Of a stretch of 64,000 nucleotides of DNA, positions 48,161-58,915 are shown one piece after another. The translations under genes were made by a program, and so were the position numbers. Position 1 is the first letter of the stretch, and each line of letters begins with the position of its first letter. Under the pieces are notes generated by a model. That model saw only the letters and a program-made list of their open reading frames with translations, did no database searches and was not told the DNA's origin. The stretch spans positions 5,811-69,810 of the forward strand of contig CANQKN010000001.1 in assembly GCA_947624515.1 (NCBI GenBank), in the 5' to 3' direction. The DNA is from an uncultured Bacilli bacterium (GTDB lineage Bacteria > Bacillota_I > Bacilli_A > RF39 > UBA660).

Positions 48161-50307
48161 CGCATTAACCTCTCTACTTTTTTAATATAGCTGATTTTCT
48201 TTAATTCTTGGAATATTTTTTCTAAATGTTCTAAACTATTTACATATAAATCTACTTCATAGATCATTTGGTCTTTTTGATGAATGGTAATAAATCGTTC
48301 TACATGAACATCAAACATACTTAGTTTTTGCATCATTTCTAAAATGTTATCATTTTTCTTATCACAATGTATTAAAATCGTTGTTTCATATTTTTGATTC
48401 GTAGTAGCATTCCATGAAACTTGAACGGTTCTATTATCTAAAAATTCTAGGTTATGACATTCTTTCCGATGAACAGAAATTCCATTTCCTTTGGTAATAT
48501 ATCCTATGATATCATCTCCTGGAATAGGATTACAACAATTAGCTAAGTTTACTTTGATTTTATCAATCCCACTAACAGCAATATCTGAATTATTATCTGC
48601 CGATTTTATCATTTTTTTCGGTTTTAGATCTGGTGTTTCTGGCTTTTTATAAATAGTATGAATGACTGTACTAGGTGCATATTTTCCATTACCAATTTCT
48701 AAATATAATTCTTCTATTGAATCTACTTTAAATTCTTTTAATAATTTTTCACTATTTTCATTTGTAAAGAAATCTGCAAAAGAAATTTTATTTTTTCTTA
48801 GTTCTTTTTCTAAACTTTCTTTTCCGCGTTCTAGATATAATTCTTTCTCATTTTTAGTAAAAAATGTTCTAATTTTATTTTTAGTTTGGGTTGATTTGGC
48901 AATATTTAACCATTCTTGAGAAGGACCTTTGGAATTTTTTGATGTATTAATTTTTACAATATCATTATTTTTTAGTTCATAGTCAAGAGGAACAATACTA
49001 TTGTTAACGATAGCCCCTACCATCATTTCGCCTACTCTTGTGTGAACTTTATATGCAAAATCAATAGGAGTAGCACCTCTTGGAAGTTCAATGATATCTC
49101 CTTTAGGTGTAAAACAATAAATATTATTATTTAAGACTTCGTCCTTTACACTATTTACAAAATCTTCACTACTCATTTTATCTTCATTTAATTCAATAAT
49201 AGATTTAAAAAATTGAAGTTTTTGTTCTGTTGTATTTTGCATCATTTGACTAGCATCTTTATGTTCTTTATATGCCCAATGTGAAGCAATACCATTTTCC
49301 GCTACTTCATTCATTTGATAAGTACGAATTTGAATTTCAAATAGATAACCATCAATTCCAAAAACAGTAGTGTGTAAAGATTGATACATATTAGCCTTTG
49401 GCATCGCAATATAATCTTTGAAACGCTTAGGAATTGGTTTAAATTTAGAATGAATGATACCAAGTGCCAAATAACATTCTTGTTCTGTATTCACTAATAC
49501 TCTTAGTGCTAATAAATCATAAATATCACTAAATTTTCTACCTTTATTTAATTTATTGTAAATACTATAAATACTTTTTGCTCTTCCTTTGATTTCATGT
49601 GTAATATTATGTTCATTTAACAAATTAGTTACTGCTTGTAACATTTCATTTACTGTGTTATCTCGTTCTAATTTTGTTTGATCTAGTTTGTTTGCGATAT
49701 CATAAAATACATCTGGTTTTAAGTAGCGTAACGATAAATCTTCTAATTCACTTTTTATTTTATGAATTCCTAAATGATGTGCAATAGGAGCAAAAATTTC
49801 TAGTGTTTCTTTCGCTATTTTTTTCTGTTTTTCAGGAGATAAAGCATAAAGAGTTCTCATGTTATGCAATCTATCTGCTAATTTTACAATAATTACTCGA
49901 ACATCTTCGCTCATACCTACAATAATTTTTTTATAATATTCTATTAAATAATCATTTTCTGTCGAAAAATGAATTCTTCCTAATTTTGATATTCCATATA
50001 CTAAATTAGCAACAGTTGGACCAAATAATTCTTCTAATTCTTCTTTTTCTACATCACAATCTTCAATAGTATCATGTAATAAACCTGCTATTAGTGTATC
50101 ACAATCGGCATAAACTGTTGTTAGAATCATTGCTGTATTCAGAGGATGATTGATATATTCTTCTCCGGATACGCGAAACTGGCCTTTATGTTTCTTTTCG
50201 GCAAAATAATAGGCCTTTTCTATCTTTTTTAGTTCTTCCTTTTCAGAAAGATAAGAGCCTGCTTTTTCAATTAAATCCTCAATTGTATATTGTTCTTTCT
50301 TGCTCAT
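48157..50307 (-). CDS. relA: Bifunctional (p)ppGpp synthetase/hydrolase Rel
   Basis: HD hydrolase domain, synthetase domain, and TGS and ACT regions. 716 aa. Confidence 0.9.
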   Translation of the reverse strand: MSKKEQYTIEDLIEKAGSYLSEKEELKKIEKAYYFAEKKHKGQFRVSGEEYINHPLNTAMILTTVYADCDTLIAGLLHDTIEDCDVEKEELEELFGPTVANLVYGISKLGRIHFSTENDYLIEYYKKIIVGMSEDVRVIIVKLADRLHNMRTLYALSPEKQKKIAKETLEIFAPIAHHLGIHKIKSELEDLSLRYLKPDVFYDIANKLDQTKLERDNTVNEMLQAVTNLLNEHNITHEIKGRAKSIYSIYNKLNKGRKFSDIYDLLALRVLVNTEQECYLALGIIHSKFKPIPKRFKDYIAMPKANMYQSLHTTVFGIDGYLFEIQIRTYQMNEVAENGIASHWAYKEHKDASQMMQNTTEQKLQFFKSIIELNEDKMSSEDFVNSVKDEVLNNNIYCFTPKGDIIELPRGATPIDFAYKVHTRVGEMMVGAIVNNSIVPLDYELKNNDIVKINTSKNSKGPSQEWLNIAKSTQTKNKIRTFFTKNEKELYLERGKESLEKELRKNKISFADFFTNENSEKLLKEFKVDSIEELYLEIGNGKYAPSTVIHTIYKKPETPDLKPKKMIKSADNNSDIAVSGIDKIKVNLANCCNPIPGDDIIGYITKGNGISVHRKECHNLEFLDNRTVQVSWNATTNQKYETTILIHCDKKNDNILEMMQKLSMFDVHVERFITIHQKDQMIYEVDLYVNSLEHLEKIFQELKKISYIKKVERLMR

Positions 50308-50324
50308 AAAGTCACCTTCTACAT

Positions 50325-50555
50325 TTACTTCGTATCTAAAATTGAAATTTCACTATTTAAAATTTCATCAACCATTTTGGAAAGAGATAATTGATATGCA
50401 TTTTTCCAGCTATGTTCTACAAAGTAATTCCAAATTTCCTCTTCTGATAATATTCTATTTTGTTTCTGTAATTCTTTTTTTCTCAATTTTAACGCTGGCA
50501 TAACCCTTTGTTTTAATTCTAATACATCATGAAACAAGATATCCATAATTATCAC
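50325..50555 (-). CDS. Small protein (76 aa) upstream of relA; possibly a ComN-like post-transcriptional regulator
   Basis: The pattern RVMPALKLRKKEL...EEEIWNYFVEHSWK resembles, as far as I recall, the ComN/YrzD family. This is tentative. Confidence 0.3.
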   Translation of the reverse strand: MIIMDILFHDVLELKQRVMPALKLRKKELQKQNRILSEEEIWNYFVEHSWKNAYQLSLSKMVDEILNSEISILDTK

Positions 50556-50668
50556 CTTATATCTATTATAGAATAAATTAAAGATTTTAGAAAGTTTTTT
50601 AAATACTTTTTCAAAAAAAATATATTTTTTTCCAGCTTTTTTTCATATAGTTTTATGAAGGTGACACT

Positions 50669-51964
50669 ATGGATAAAGAAAAGTTTATCAAATCTACAAT
50701 TATTTTAATGATTGGTGGACTCATTACCAAAATACTAGGAATGATTATTAAAGTAATTAATACGAGATTAATTGGTTTAGAAGGTATTGGTCTTTACATG
50801 TTAATCTTTCCAACTTTTTCTCTTTTTATGTCCCTATCTCAATTTAGTCTTCCTATATCTGTATCCAAATTGGTAAGTGAAGATAAATATAATAATAAGA
50901 ATTTGATTTTCTCTTCAGTACCAATTATTATGATTTTTGATTTATTTTTGATTGCTATAATTTTATTTTCTGCATCTTATATTTCGATAGACTTACTAAA
51001 AGATAGCAGATGTTATTTGCCTATTCTTTGTATTAGTATGGTTTTGCCTTTTGAAGCACTTTCTAATTTATTAAGAGGTTATTTTTTTGGAAAACAAAAG
51101 ATGCTTCCTCATGTCATTAGTCATATTATTGAACAATTAATGAGATTGGGTCTTACTATTTTATTAGTTCCTACTTTATTAAAAATTGACTTAGTGTATG
51201 CTATTAGTTTTCTGATCCTAGTCAATATGATTAGTGAATTTACCAGTATTATCGTATTATTAATGTTTATGCCAAAGAATGTCAAAATTACCAAAGCAGA
51301 TATGCGTCCGGATATTCATAATATTAAGAATATTTTACAAATTTCTATTCCTAATACAGGAACAAGATTAATTGGTAATATTGGTTATTTTTTAGAACCA
51401 ATTCTACTTACTGCAGGTATGTTAGCTAGTGGATATAGCGCAACTTTTATTACTCAAGAATATGGAATTGTTGCAGGATATTCTATGCCTTTATTGTTGC
51501 TACCTGGATTTTTTACAGGAGCAATTTCTAATAGTTTGTTACCAATTATTTCTAAGGCTGCTGTAGAGAAAAAATATAACTATATTCAAAGAAAAGTAAA
51601 ACAGGCAATTGGTCTTTCACTAGCGATTGGAATTCCTGTTACCGTAGTCTTATTTTTATTTCCGGAGTTCTTTTTACAACTTATTTATGGTACTAACCAC
51701 GGAGGTAATTATCTGCGTGTTCTTGCCTTTCCTTTTTTATTTTATTATATTGAACTTCCATTAGCTGCAGCATTACAGGGAATGAATTTATCTAAATATG
51801 TGATGTTAGATAATATTGTAGGCATTATCTTAAAGACAGTTTTATTATATGTTCTTTCCCTATGTAAAATCGGTATGTATTCTTTTGTGATTGCCTCTTG
51901 TGTCAATATTATTTGGGTGGCTACCAATCATTATTTGCATATGAAAAAAGTAGTTTCTAGCTAA
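50669..51964 (+). CDS. MOP-superfamily polysaccharide/lipid-linked oligosaccharide flippase, SpoVB-like
   Basis: N-terminus FIKSTIILMIGGLITKILGMIIKVINTRLIGLEGIGLYMLIFPTFSLFMSLSQFSLPISVSKLVSE parallels the SpoVB/MurJ-Wzx family N-terminus. 12-14 TM helices. Confidence 0.55.
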   Translation: MDKEKFIKSTIILMIGGLITKILGMIIKVINTRLIGLEGIGLYMLIFPTFSLFMSLSQFSLPISVSKLVSEDKYNNKNLIFSSVPIIMIFDLFLIAIILFSASYISIDLLKDSRCYLPILCISMVLPFEALSNLLRGYFFGKQKMLPHVISHIIEQLMRLGLTILLVPTLLKIDLVYAISFLILVNMISEFTSIIVLLMFMPKNVKITKADMRPDIHNIKNILQISIPNTGTRLIGNIGYFLEPILLTAGMLASGYSATFITQEYGIVAGYSMPLLLLPGFFTGAISNSLLPIISKAAVEKKYNYIQRKVKQAIGLSLAIGIPVTVVLFLFPEFFLQLIYGTNHGGNYLRVLAFPFLFYYIELPLAAALQGMNLSKYVMLDNIVGIILKTVLLYVLSLCKIGMYSFVIASCVNIIWVATNHYLHMKKVVSS

Positions 51965-52764
51965 CTACTTTTTTTGATTTGATAGGCATTTATTCTAGCA
52001 AATAAATCTTTATTATGATCATCGATTGGTTTTCTTCGTTGCTGTTCTATTTGCTTTAACATAGAAAATATTTGTTCTTTGAAGGTTGTTAAAGCTCTTG
52101 TTTCTTGACTTTTCAATAAAGAATATAATTTAGGATAAGAAATAATTCTTGATATCCATTGATGATATGGTTCTAATATAGAATTTAATATTTTGGAATC
52201 ATTTTGATAAATTAAATTTAATAACCATTTTAGGTATTCTATTTGTTCTTCACTATTTTCTAACTGCAAAATTTTAGATTTAAAGTTAGAAAAAGAAATC
52301 GTTCCCAACTGTAATATTTTTGAACTAGTCGATACTATAAATTGAATCATATCACTACAATAAAATTGATGTTCTTTAAATATCTGTTTTTTTGAGGCTG
52401 GTTCCTGATCTGTTGCCTCTGTAAATACTGTTATTTTTTCAGGATCGAAAACATGGGTTTCTAATATAAAATCTAACTTTCTTAATTCTTGTTCCATATC
52501 TTTTTTTGATTTTAGCATTAAATCATTTAAATATGGATACATATATTCATAAAGATTGATATCCATTAATTTTAATGCACTTATAAATTTATCATAATCT
52601 TCTTCTGACCAATCGGAAATTAATTTTTGATTATTTTGATAGAAACTTTTAATAAAGGCTTGATTTAATAATTGTTTCAAACTGGTTCCTTGTGGTGTTT
52701 TTCTATAATCTTCAGCTACTTCTTGATCATTTTCTAATACATTTTTGATTATTTTTGGTTTCAT
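51961..52764 (-). CDS. Hypothetical protein (267 aa)
   Basis: ORF, convergent with the spoVB-like gene. No recognisable motifs. Confidence 0.4.
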   Translation of the reverse strand: MKPKIIKNVLENDQEVAEDYRKTPQGTSLKQLLNQAFIKSFYQNNQKLISDWSEEDYDKFISALKLMDINLYEYMYPYLNDLMLKSKKDMEQELRKLDFILETHVFDPEKITVFTEATDQEPASKKQIFKEHQFYCSDMIQFIVSTSSKILQLGTISFSNFKSKILQLENSEEQIEYLKWLLNLIYQNDSKILNSILEPYHQWISRIISYPKLYSLLKSQETRALTTFKEQIFSMLKQIEQQRRKPIDDHNKDLFARINAYQIKKSS

Positions 52765-52882
52765 GAATCTCTGTCCCCTTTTTTTACATGTGCTATTTTA
52801 TCTAAATTTTCTAATTTTGTCAATTTATAATTTACATTATTTATATTGCATATTTTATTTATATATGTTTTATTCTATCATA

Positions 52883-52913
52883 AAAAAAGAAAAATTATTC
52901 TTTTTCTTTTTTT
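52883..52913 (-). terminator. Rho-independent terminator after the ABC exporter operon
   Basis: aaaagaaaaa-ttattc-tttttctttt stem plus a T-tract. Confidence 0.45.
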
Positions 52914-52918
52914 ATAAA

Positions 52919-55075
52919 CTACAATTCAAATTGAGAATTATATAATTCAGCATAGAAACCTTTTTGATTCATTAATTCCTCATGATTACCTGTTTCAATA
53001 ATATTACCATCTTTCATTACTAAGATTAAATCAGCATTTTTGATTGTTGATAGACGATGGGCAATAATAAATGAAGTTCTTCCTTCTGTTAATTTATCCA
53101 TTGCTTTCTGTACTAATTCTTCAGTTCTTGTATCTACATTCGAAGTTGCTTCATCTAAAATTAAGAAAGGTGCATTTTCGATCATACCACGAGCTATTGT
53201 TAATAGCTGTTTCTGGCCTTGACTAATCGTATCGGTATCGCTAACTAAAGAATTTAATCCTCCTGGTAATGTTTTTATAAAATGGTCTACCCCAACTACT
53301 TTACAAGCTTCCCATACTTCTTCTTTGGTTACATTTTCTTTATTAAATTTAATATTATCTAAAATGCTACCTTCGAATAACCAAGTATCCTGTAAAACCA
53401 TACAGAATAATTCATGAATATTTTCACGAGATAATTCTTTGGTCGAAACTCCATCGATTAAAATATCTCCCTCTGTAATTTCGTAAAATTTCATTAGTAA
53501 ATTTACCATGGTAGTTTTTCCAGCACCAGTTGGTCCTACAATTGCGATTTTTTGACCTGGTTTTACTTTGGCACTAAAATCTTTAATAATTACTCTTGAA
53601 GAATCATAACTAAATTTAATATGTTGAAATTCTATTTGTCCCTTTACTTTTTCTTTATCTAAATGCTTCTTAATTTCTTTTTGATCAGACATTTCTTCTT
53701 CTTCTAAAAATTCAAATACTCTTTCACTTGCAGCTGCTGTTGATTGTAAAGATGTCATTGCTTGAGCAATTTGGGTAAGAGGATTCGTAAATAATCTTAC
53801 ATAAATGGTAAAGGCAACAATGACACCAAAGGAAATGTAATGATTCATTACTAAAAGGGCACCTACAATACAAACTGCTACATAACCAAAATTTCCTATA
53901 AAGTTCATAATTGGATGCATTAATCCAGATAAAAATTGGCTCTTACGATTGGATTCATATAACTTACTATTTAATTTTTGAAAATTTTCTTTTGCTTCTT
54001 TTCCTCCATTATAAGCTTTTACTACATTATGACCAGAATACATTTCTTCAATATAACCATTTAAATTTCCAAGTTGTTTTTGTCTTTCACTAAAATATTT
54101 TTGGGATTTTCCTAAAATGACAAACATTAAGCTAAATCCAATAATACTAGATAAAATGGCGGTAATTGCCATTACCCAATCTGTAACAAACATCATAATA
54201 ACAGAACCAATAAATAGTGTAATACTAGTTACTAAAGTTGCAAGACTTTGATTTAAATTTTGAGCAATAGTATCTACATCATTTGTAACTCTCGATAAAA
54301 CATCTCCTGTTTCGTGAGTGTCAAAATATTTTAATGGTAGTAAATTAATTTTATTACTAATTCTGGTTCTTAGATTTTTTGCAAAATAGTTAGAAACACT
54401 TGACATTGAGAAGTTTTGAATATAACTGAAAATGGCACTAATTACATATAAAGTAGCTAATAATACTACATAATATTTTACATCTTCCATATTCATTTTT
54501 GGTTTTACTAAATTATAAATAGAAGATGGCAGTTGATCAAATTGTGCTAATAAAGTATTAGAATCATTAGAATCAGTAGGTAAAGACATCATTAATTTAA
54601 TACAGGTTAATTGATCGTTTTTACTAATTACTTTTCCATCTATTGTAAATTCTTCTAACATTTCTAAAAGAATAGAATCTGGTAAAGATAATAATTTTTG
54701 AGTAATTTCTTCTTTTTTACTATTTTCAGATATCGTAGATAATGTTTTTTGAAGAATAAGTTTATCTTCTGAACTTATTTCTGGATTTGATAAAATCATA
54801 GTGATTTTACGATCCATTTCACTAGAAAATTGGTTAGAAATCTTTGCTGCTACTTCGGTTAATTTTTCCGTATTTGGCTGTAATCCTTTGGTTATCACAT
54901 CTGTAAAATCAGATAAACGATTAGGAGCAATTAGAGCCAAAATAGCACTAATCATTGCTAAAGCTAAAGCTACAATCATAATCCATTTCCATGGTTTTAA
55001 ATTTTGTAGCAATCTTTTCATAGAGCCAAAGAAATCTTTTGATTTCTCATTTACTCTTGGTCCTGGTCTAGGCAT
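52919..55075 (-). CDS. Heterodimeric ABC exporter subunit (BmrD/YheH-like) with an extracytoplasmic insertion between TM1 and TM2
   Basis: 718 aa. TMD plus an NBD with Walker A GPTGAGKTT, Walker B ILDEATS, H-loop IAHR, and a degenerate signature ISQGQKQ. There is a ~140-aa polar insert after TM1. Confidence 0.8.
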   Translation of the reverse strand: MPRPGPRVNEKSKDFFGSMKRLLQNLKPWKWIMIVALALAMISAILALIAPNRLSDFTDVITKGLQPNTEKLTEVAAKISNQFSSEMDRKITMILSNPEISSEDKLILQKTLSTISENSKKEEITQKLLSLPDSILLEMLEEFTIDGKVISKNDQLTCIKLMMSLPTDSNDSNTLLAQFDQLPSSIYNLVKPKMNMEDVKYYVVLLATLYVISAIFSYIQNFSMSSVSNYFAKNLRTRISNKINLLPLKYFDTHETGDVLSRVTNDVDTIAQNLNQSLATLVTSITLFIGSVIMMFVTDWVMAITAILSSIIGFSLMFVILGKSQKYFSERQKQLGNLNGYIEEMYSGHNVVKAYNGGKEAKENFQKLNSKLYESNRKSQFLSGLMHPIMNFIGNFGYVAVCIVGALLVMNHYISFGVIVAFTIYVRLFTNPLTQIAQAMTSLQSTAAASERVFEFLEEEEMSDQKEIKKHLDKEKVKGQIEFQHIKFSYDSSRVIIKDFSAKVKPGQKIAIVGPTGAGKTTMVNLLMKFYEITEGDILIDGVSTKELSRENIHELFCMVLQDTWLFEGSILDNIKFNKENVTKEEVWEACKVVGVDHFIKTLPGGLNSLVSDTDTISQGQKQLLTIARGMIENAPFLILDEATSNVDTRTEELVQKAMDKLTEGRTSFIIAHRLSTIKNADLILVMKDGNIIETGNHEELMNQKGFYAELYNSQFEL

Positions 55076-56825
55076 TTTCTAATTCCTCCTTTGATAATTG
55101 AGATAATGCAATCTCCTGATAAACATTACAGTTTTTTAATAATTCTTTATGTGTTCCAATTCCAACACATTCTCCTTTATCTAATACAACAATTTTATCA
55201 GCATTCATAATGGTACCAATTCTTTGTGCAACTATTACATTCGTAGCATCTTTGGTATATTTTTTTAATTCTTTTCTTAAAGTAGCATCCGTTTTATAAT
55301 CAAGAGCTGAAAATGAATCATCAAAAATATAGATTTCGGGATTTCTAGCAATTGCACGTGCAATCGCTAATCGTTGTTTCTGACCTCCAGAAATATTGGT
55401 ACCTCCTCTTGCGATATGACTATTATAGGTATTTTCCATTTTTTCAACGAATTCTTTTCCTTGTGCTATTTCAATTGCTTTTTTCATCTCATTTTCATTT
55501 TTTTCTTTTCCATTATCTCCATAGTTTACATTAGAAGACACCGTTCCTGTAAACATAACTGCTTTTTGAGGGATATATCCCATCTTATTATGCAATGCTT
55601 CTTGTGTATATTCTTTTACATTGATTCCATCTACTAGCACTTCTCCATCTGTTGCATCATAAAATCTAGGAATTAAATTGATTAAGGTAGATTTTCCACT
55701 TCCTGTTGATCCAATAAAAGCAATTGTTTCTCCTTTTTTTACTTGAAATGAGATATTTTTTAACAAATATTCATCAGCATCTGGATATTTAAATGATACA
55801 TTTTTAAATTCAATGGTTCCTGTTTCCTTTGTATGACCATCAAATGTTCCATCTTGAATACTTACTTTTGCGGATAGAACTTCTTGAATACGATTTGCAG
55901 AGATACTAGCTCTAGGTAACATCATAAAAATCATAGCTAACATTAAAAAAGACATAATTACTTGCATTCCATAACTTGTAAATACTACCATATTACTAAA
56001 AATTAATAATTTATCACCCATCATTGCCTGTTCAATTAAAATAGCACCAATTAAATAGATTCCTAGAGTCAAACCATGCATGACAATATTCATAACAGGC
56101 ATCATAATCGCAAAACATCTTTGATTAAATAATTGCATTCCTGTTAGATTTGAGTTAACCTCTTCAAAACGATTTTTTTGATACTTTTCAGCATTAAAAG
56201 CTCGAATAACACGAATACCAGATAAGTTTTCTCTAATTACTCCATTAACGCGATCAATTAATTTTTGGACTTTTGAAAATCTTGGCATTACTATCATCAT
56301 AATGATTCCAATTGTAGTTAAAAGAATGACGACACAAGCTCCTGTTAGGATACTCCATTCGATGGATTTATCCAAAATTTTAGTAACTGCCCAAATTGCC
56401 ATAATTGGTGCTTTAATTAGTAATTGCATGCCCATTCCAATTAGCATTTCAATTTGCATAACATCGTTAGTAGTTCTAGTAATTAAACTACTAGTTGAAA
56501 ATTTTTTAATTTCTTCTGTTCCAAATGATTCTACTTTATCAAAAATTTTTTTTCGTAAATTCATTGAAAAATTAGAACTAACATGACTAGCAAAGTAACC
56601 AACAATAATAGCTGATACCAAACTTCCAAAAGCACAAGCTAACATGTAAAATCCTTGTTCTACGATTTCTGTCATTGTGCTTCCTTCTGTCTGTACTAAT
56701 CTTGTGATATTACTCATGTAATCAGGCATCTTTAACTCTAACCATACTTGCCCAATAATTAATAAAAAACTAATTAAAATAAAATAAATATCTTTTTTTG
56801 TTAAATCTTTGAATAACTTTATCAT
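55068..56825 (-). CDS. Heterodimeric ABC exporter subunit (BmrC/YheI-like) carrying the degenerate ATP site
   Basis: 585 aa. Walker A GSTGSGKST and a canonical signature ISGGQKQR. Walker B is IYIFDDS (Asp in place of the catalytic Glu). The H-loop has Gln (VAQRIGT). Confidence 0.8.
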   Translation of the reverse strand: MIKLFKDLTKKDIYFILISFLLIIGQVWLELKMPDYMSNITRLVQTEGSTMTEIVEQGFYMLACAFGSLVSAIIVGYFASHVSSNFSMNLRKKIFDKVESFGTEEIKKFSTSSLITRTTNDVMQIEMLIGMGMQLLIKAPIMAIWAVTKILDKSIEWSILTGACVVILLTTIGIIMMIVMPRFSKVQKLIDRVNGVIRENLSGIRVIRAFNAEKYQKNRFEEVNSNLTGMQLFNQRCFAIMMPVMNIVMHGLTLGIYLIGAILIEQAMMGDKLLIFSNMVVFTSYGMQVIMSFLMLAMIFMMLPRASISANRIQEVLSAKVSIQDGTFDGHTKETGTIEFKNVSFKYPDADEYLLKNISFQVKKGETIAFIGSTGSGKSTLINLIPRFYDATDGEVLVDGINVKEYTQEALHNKMGYIPQKAVMFTGTVSSNVNYGDNGKEKNENEMKKAIEIAQGKEFVEKMENTYNSHIARGGTNISGGQKQRLAIARAIARNPEIYIFDDSFSALDYKTDATLRKELKKYTKDATNVIVAQRIGTIMNADKIVVLDKGECVGIGTHKELLKNCNVYQEIALSQLSKEELENA

Positions 56826-56852
56826 ATGAATTCCTTTCTATAGTAGCAACTT

Positions 56853-57308
56853 TTATTTTGATAAATATTTTTTAATATTTTCTTTCATTTGTTTTAGTAT
56901 ATTCAAAAAAGAAATTAAATCATTAGAATCAATTTCACTAATGACTACTTTTTCTAATTCTTGCATCTTTTTTTCTCTTTTTTCAAACATTGCTTTAGCT
57001 TTTGGATTTAAAATAATTTTTTTGACTCTAGCATCTTTTTCAGATACTACTCTTTCTATCAAATTATTTTTTTCCATAGTCTGTAACACTCCAGAAACGG
57101 TAGCTCTTCGTAAATTTAGAACCTCTTCCAAATCTCTTTGAAAAATTTCTTCTTGTTGATGATTCAGAATAAATTCTAAAATTTGCATTTGAGTAGGTGT
57201 TAATGGTTTACAAGAAAGCTCTTCTATTGTACCATTTTCTAAAAGCAATGCTCGAAATATCATTTTTTCTAATTCTTTTATTTGGTATAACAATCTTTCT
57301 TCTTTCAT
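56853..57308 (-). CDS. MarR-family transcriptional regulator, first gene of the ABC exporter operon
   Basis: 151 aa. Winged helix-turn-helix (LTPTQMQILEFILNH...LRRATVSGVLQTMEKNNLIER). Confidence 0.8.
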   Translation of the reverse strand: MKEERLLYQIKELEKMIFRALLLENGTIEELSCKPLTPTQMQILEFILNHQQEEIFQRDLEEVLNLRRATVSGVLQTMEKNNLIERVVSEKDARVKKIILNPKAKAMFEKREKKMQELEKVVISEIDSNDLISFLNILKQMKENIKKYLSK

Positions 57309-57397
57309 TCTATTTTTCTCCTATTTTAAGTTGCCTATATCATAATATGCCTAACTATCAAAATTGTCAATACCCTAACAAATAAAAAGAGAAGAAT

Positions 57398-58228
57398 TTA
57401 TTTTTTCTTCTCATAATTTTCTAAAAAGCTATGATATTTTCCCTCTTTTTTAATTCCTAGAACACAATTTAAATTAACATTATCTAAAGCTTTAAAAATA
57501 TTATAATCAATATTCTTATTTGTTTTTCGTAATTCTTGAATTAATTTTTTGATTTCTAATCTTTTGCTAGTACCATCATCTTGTATTACACAATTTTCTG
57601 TAAAACGACAAGCACAATTGATAAATGTTAATTCATTATATTTTTTCCAAGACAGAATATCTTCTTCTTTTACTAAATATAACGGACGAATTAATTCTAG
57701 TCCTTCAAAGTGATCACTATGTAATTTAGGCATCATTGTTTTCAATTCAGAACCATAAAACATCGATAAAAGAGTTGTTTCAATTACATCATTAAAATGA
57801 TGACCTAAGGCAATTTTATTGCATCCTAATTCTTTAGCTTTACTATATAAATATCCTCTTCTCATTCTCGCACATAAATAACATGGGCTTGAATCTATGG
57901 TGCTAACAATATTAAAAATATCACTATGAAACATCTGGATTGGAATATTTAAAATTTTTGCCATTTCCAAAATATGATCATGATTATTTTGATTGTAACC
58001 AGGATCCATGGCTACATAACATGCTTCAAATTTTATTTTACTATGCCTTGCTAGTTCTTGAATACATTTTGCTAATAAAAAGGAATCTTTTCCTCCACTA
58101 ATACAAACCATAATTTTATCATTTTCTTGAATAAGTTCATATTCTTGAACTGCTTTTACGAATTTACTCCAAATTTCTTTCCGAAATTTTTTAATAATGC
58201 TTCTTTCAATTTCTTGATATTTTTCCAT
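57398..58228 (-). CDS. TtcA-family PP-loop ATPase (tRNA 2-thiocytidine synthetase-like)
   Basis: PP-loop CISGGKDS, Cys cluster (SSPCYLCARMRRG) and GHHFNDVIET motif. Its stop lies inside a terminator hairpin (57384..57412). Confidence 0.65.
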   Translation of the reverse strand: MEKYQEIERSIIKKFRKEIWSKFVKAVQEYELIQENDKIMVCISGGKDSFLLAKCIQELARHSKIKFEACYVAMDPGYNQNNHDHILEMAKILNIPIQMFHSDIFNIVSTIDSSPCYLCARMRRGYLYSKAKELGCNKIALGHHFNDVIETTLLSMFYGSELKTMMPKLHSDHFEGLELIRPLYLVKEEDILSWKKYNELTFINCACRFTENCVIQDDGTSKRLEIKKLIQELRKTNKNIDYNIFKALDNVNLNCVLGIKKEGKYHSFLENYEKKK

Positions 58229-58911
58229 TATGATTTACTTTCTATATTTTCTTTTATGACTGTTTCTAATTTTTGATAAGTATCATGAATCATTTCATCT
58301 GTTAATTTCATATAGCCATTTGTTTGTTTTTCACTGATTCCTGTAGTCATAGAAGTAGCTTTTCCTTTTACAACACTTACAATGTTAGGGGCTGAAATTC
58401 TTTTTTCATCTATTGTTACTGAATTTCCTTCTTGATCTTTTAGTGTATAATCTTTTAAAACATTACCTAATAATTTGAGTAATTCATAATAAGAATTGGT
58501 TCCTTCTTTTTCAGTTACAGGATGATTTTCATCATCTAATACAATCGTGTCTCTTATTTCTTTTACATCAACATAATAGATCGTATCTGCTTTTAAATCT
58601 TTAGCAACATCTATTAAAGTAGGAAGAATACTTCTACACCATGGACATGTTGGAAATCCAAAGTATACAAGAAATGTTTCTTTGTTTTCAATCATTTTTA
58701 CAATATCACTTGCTTCTTTATAAACAAAAGGATTGTTTTTAGAAATATTAATTTCTCTAATTTCTTGACCATTATCATTTAAAGTATTATTCAAGTTCTC
58801 ATATTCTTTTTTGAATTTAAAACTATCTTGGGATACATAATTCGTATAGGAAATGATTCCTCCTAATGCTATTAATAATGCTCCTATTATCATAATGATT
58901 TGTTTTTTCAT
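58228..58911 (-). CDS. Membrane-anchored thioredoxin-fold protein (thiol-disulfide oxidoreductase-like)
   Basis: N-terminal TM anchor. Thioredoxin-like CPWC motif (FGFPTCPWCR). Confidence 0.55.
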   Translation of the reverse strand: MKKQIIMIIGALLIALGGIISYTNYVSQDSFKFKKEYENLNNTLNDNGQEIREINISKNNPFVYKEASDIVKMIENKETFLVYFGFPTCPWCRSILPTLIDVAKDLKADTIYYVDVKEIRDTIVLDDENHPVTEKEGTNSYYELLKLLGNVLKDYTLKDQEGNSVTIDEKRISAPNIVSVVKGKATSMTTGISEKQTNGYMKLTDEMIHDTYQKLETVIKENIESKS

Positions 58912-58915
58912 ACTA

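Noticed and set aside
57309-57397. MarR operator palindrome upstream of the MarR gene
   Set aside because: Only weak direct repeats (TGCCTA...TGCCTA) are present, with no convincing inverted repeat. This is insufficient to call a site.
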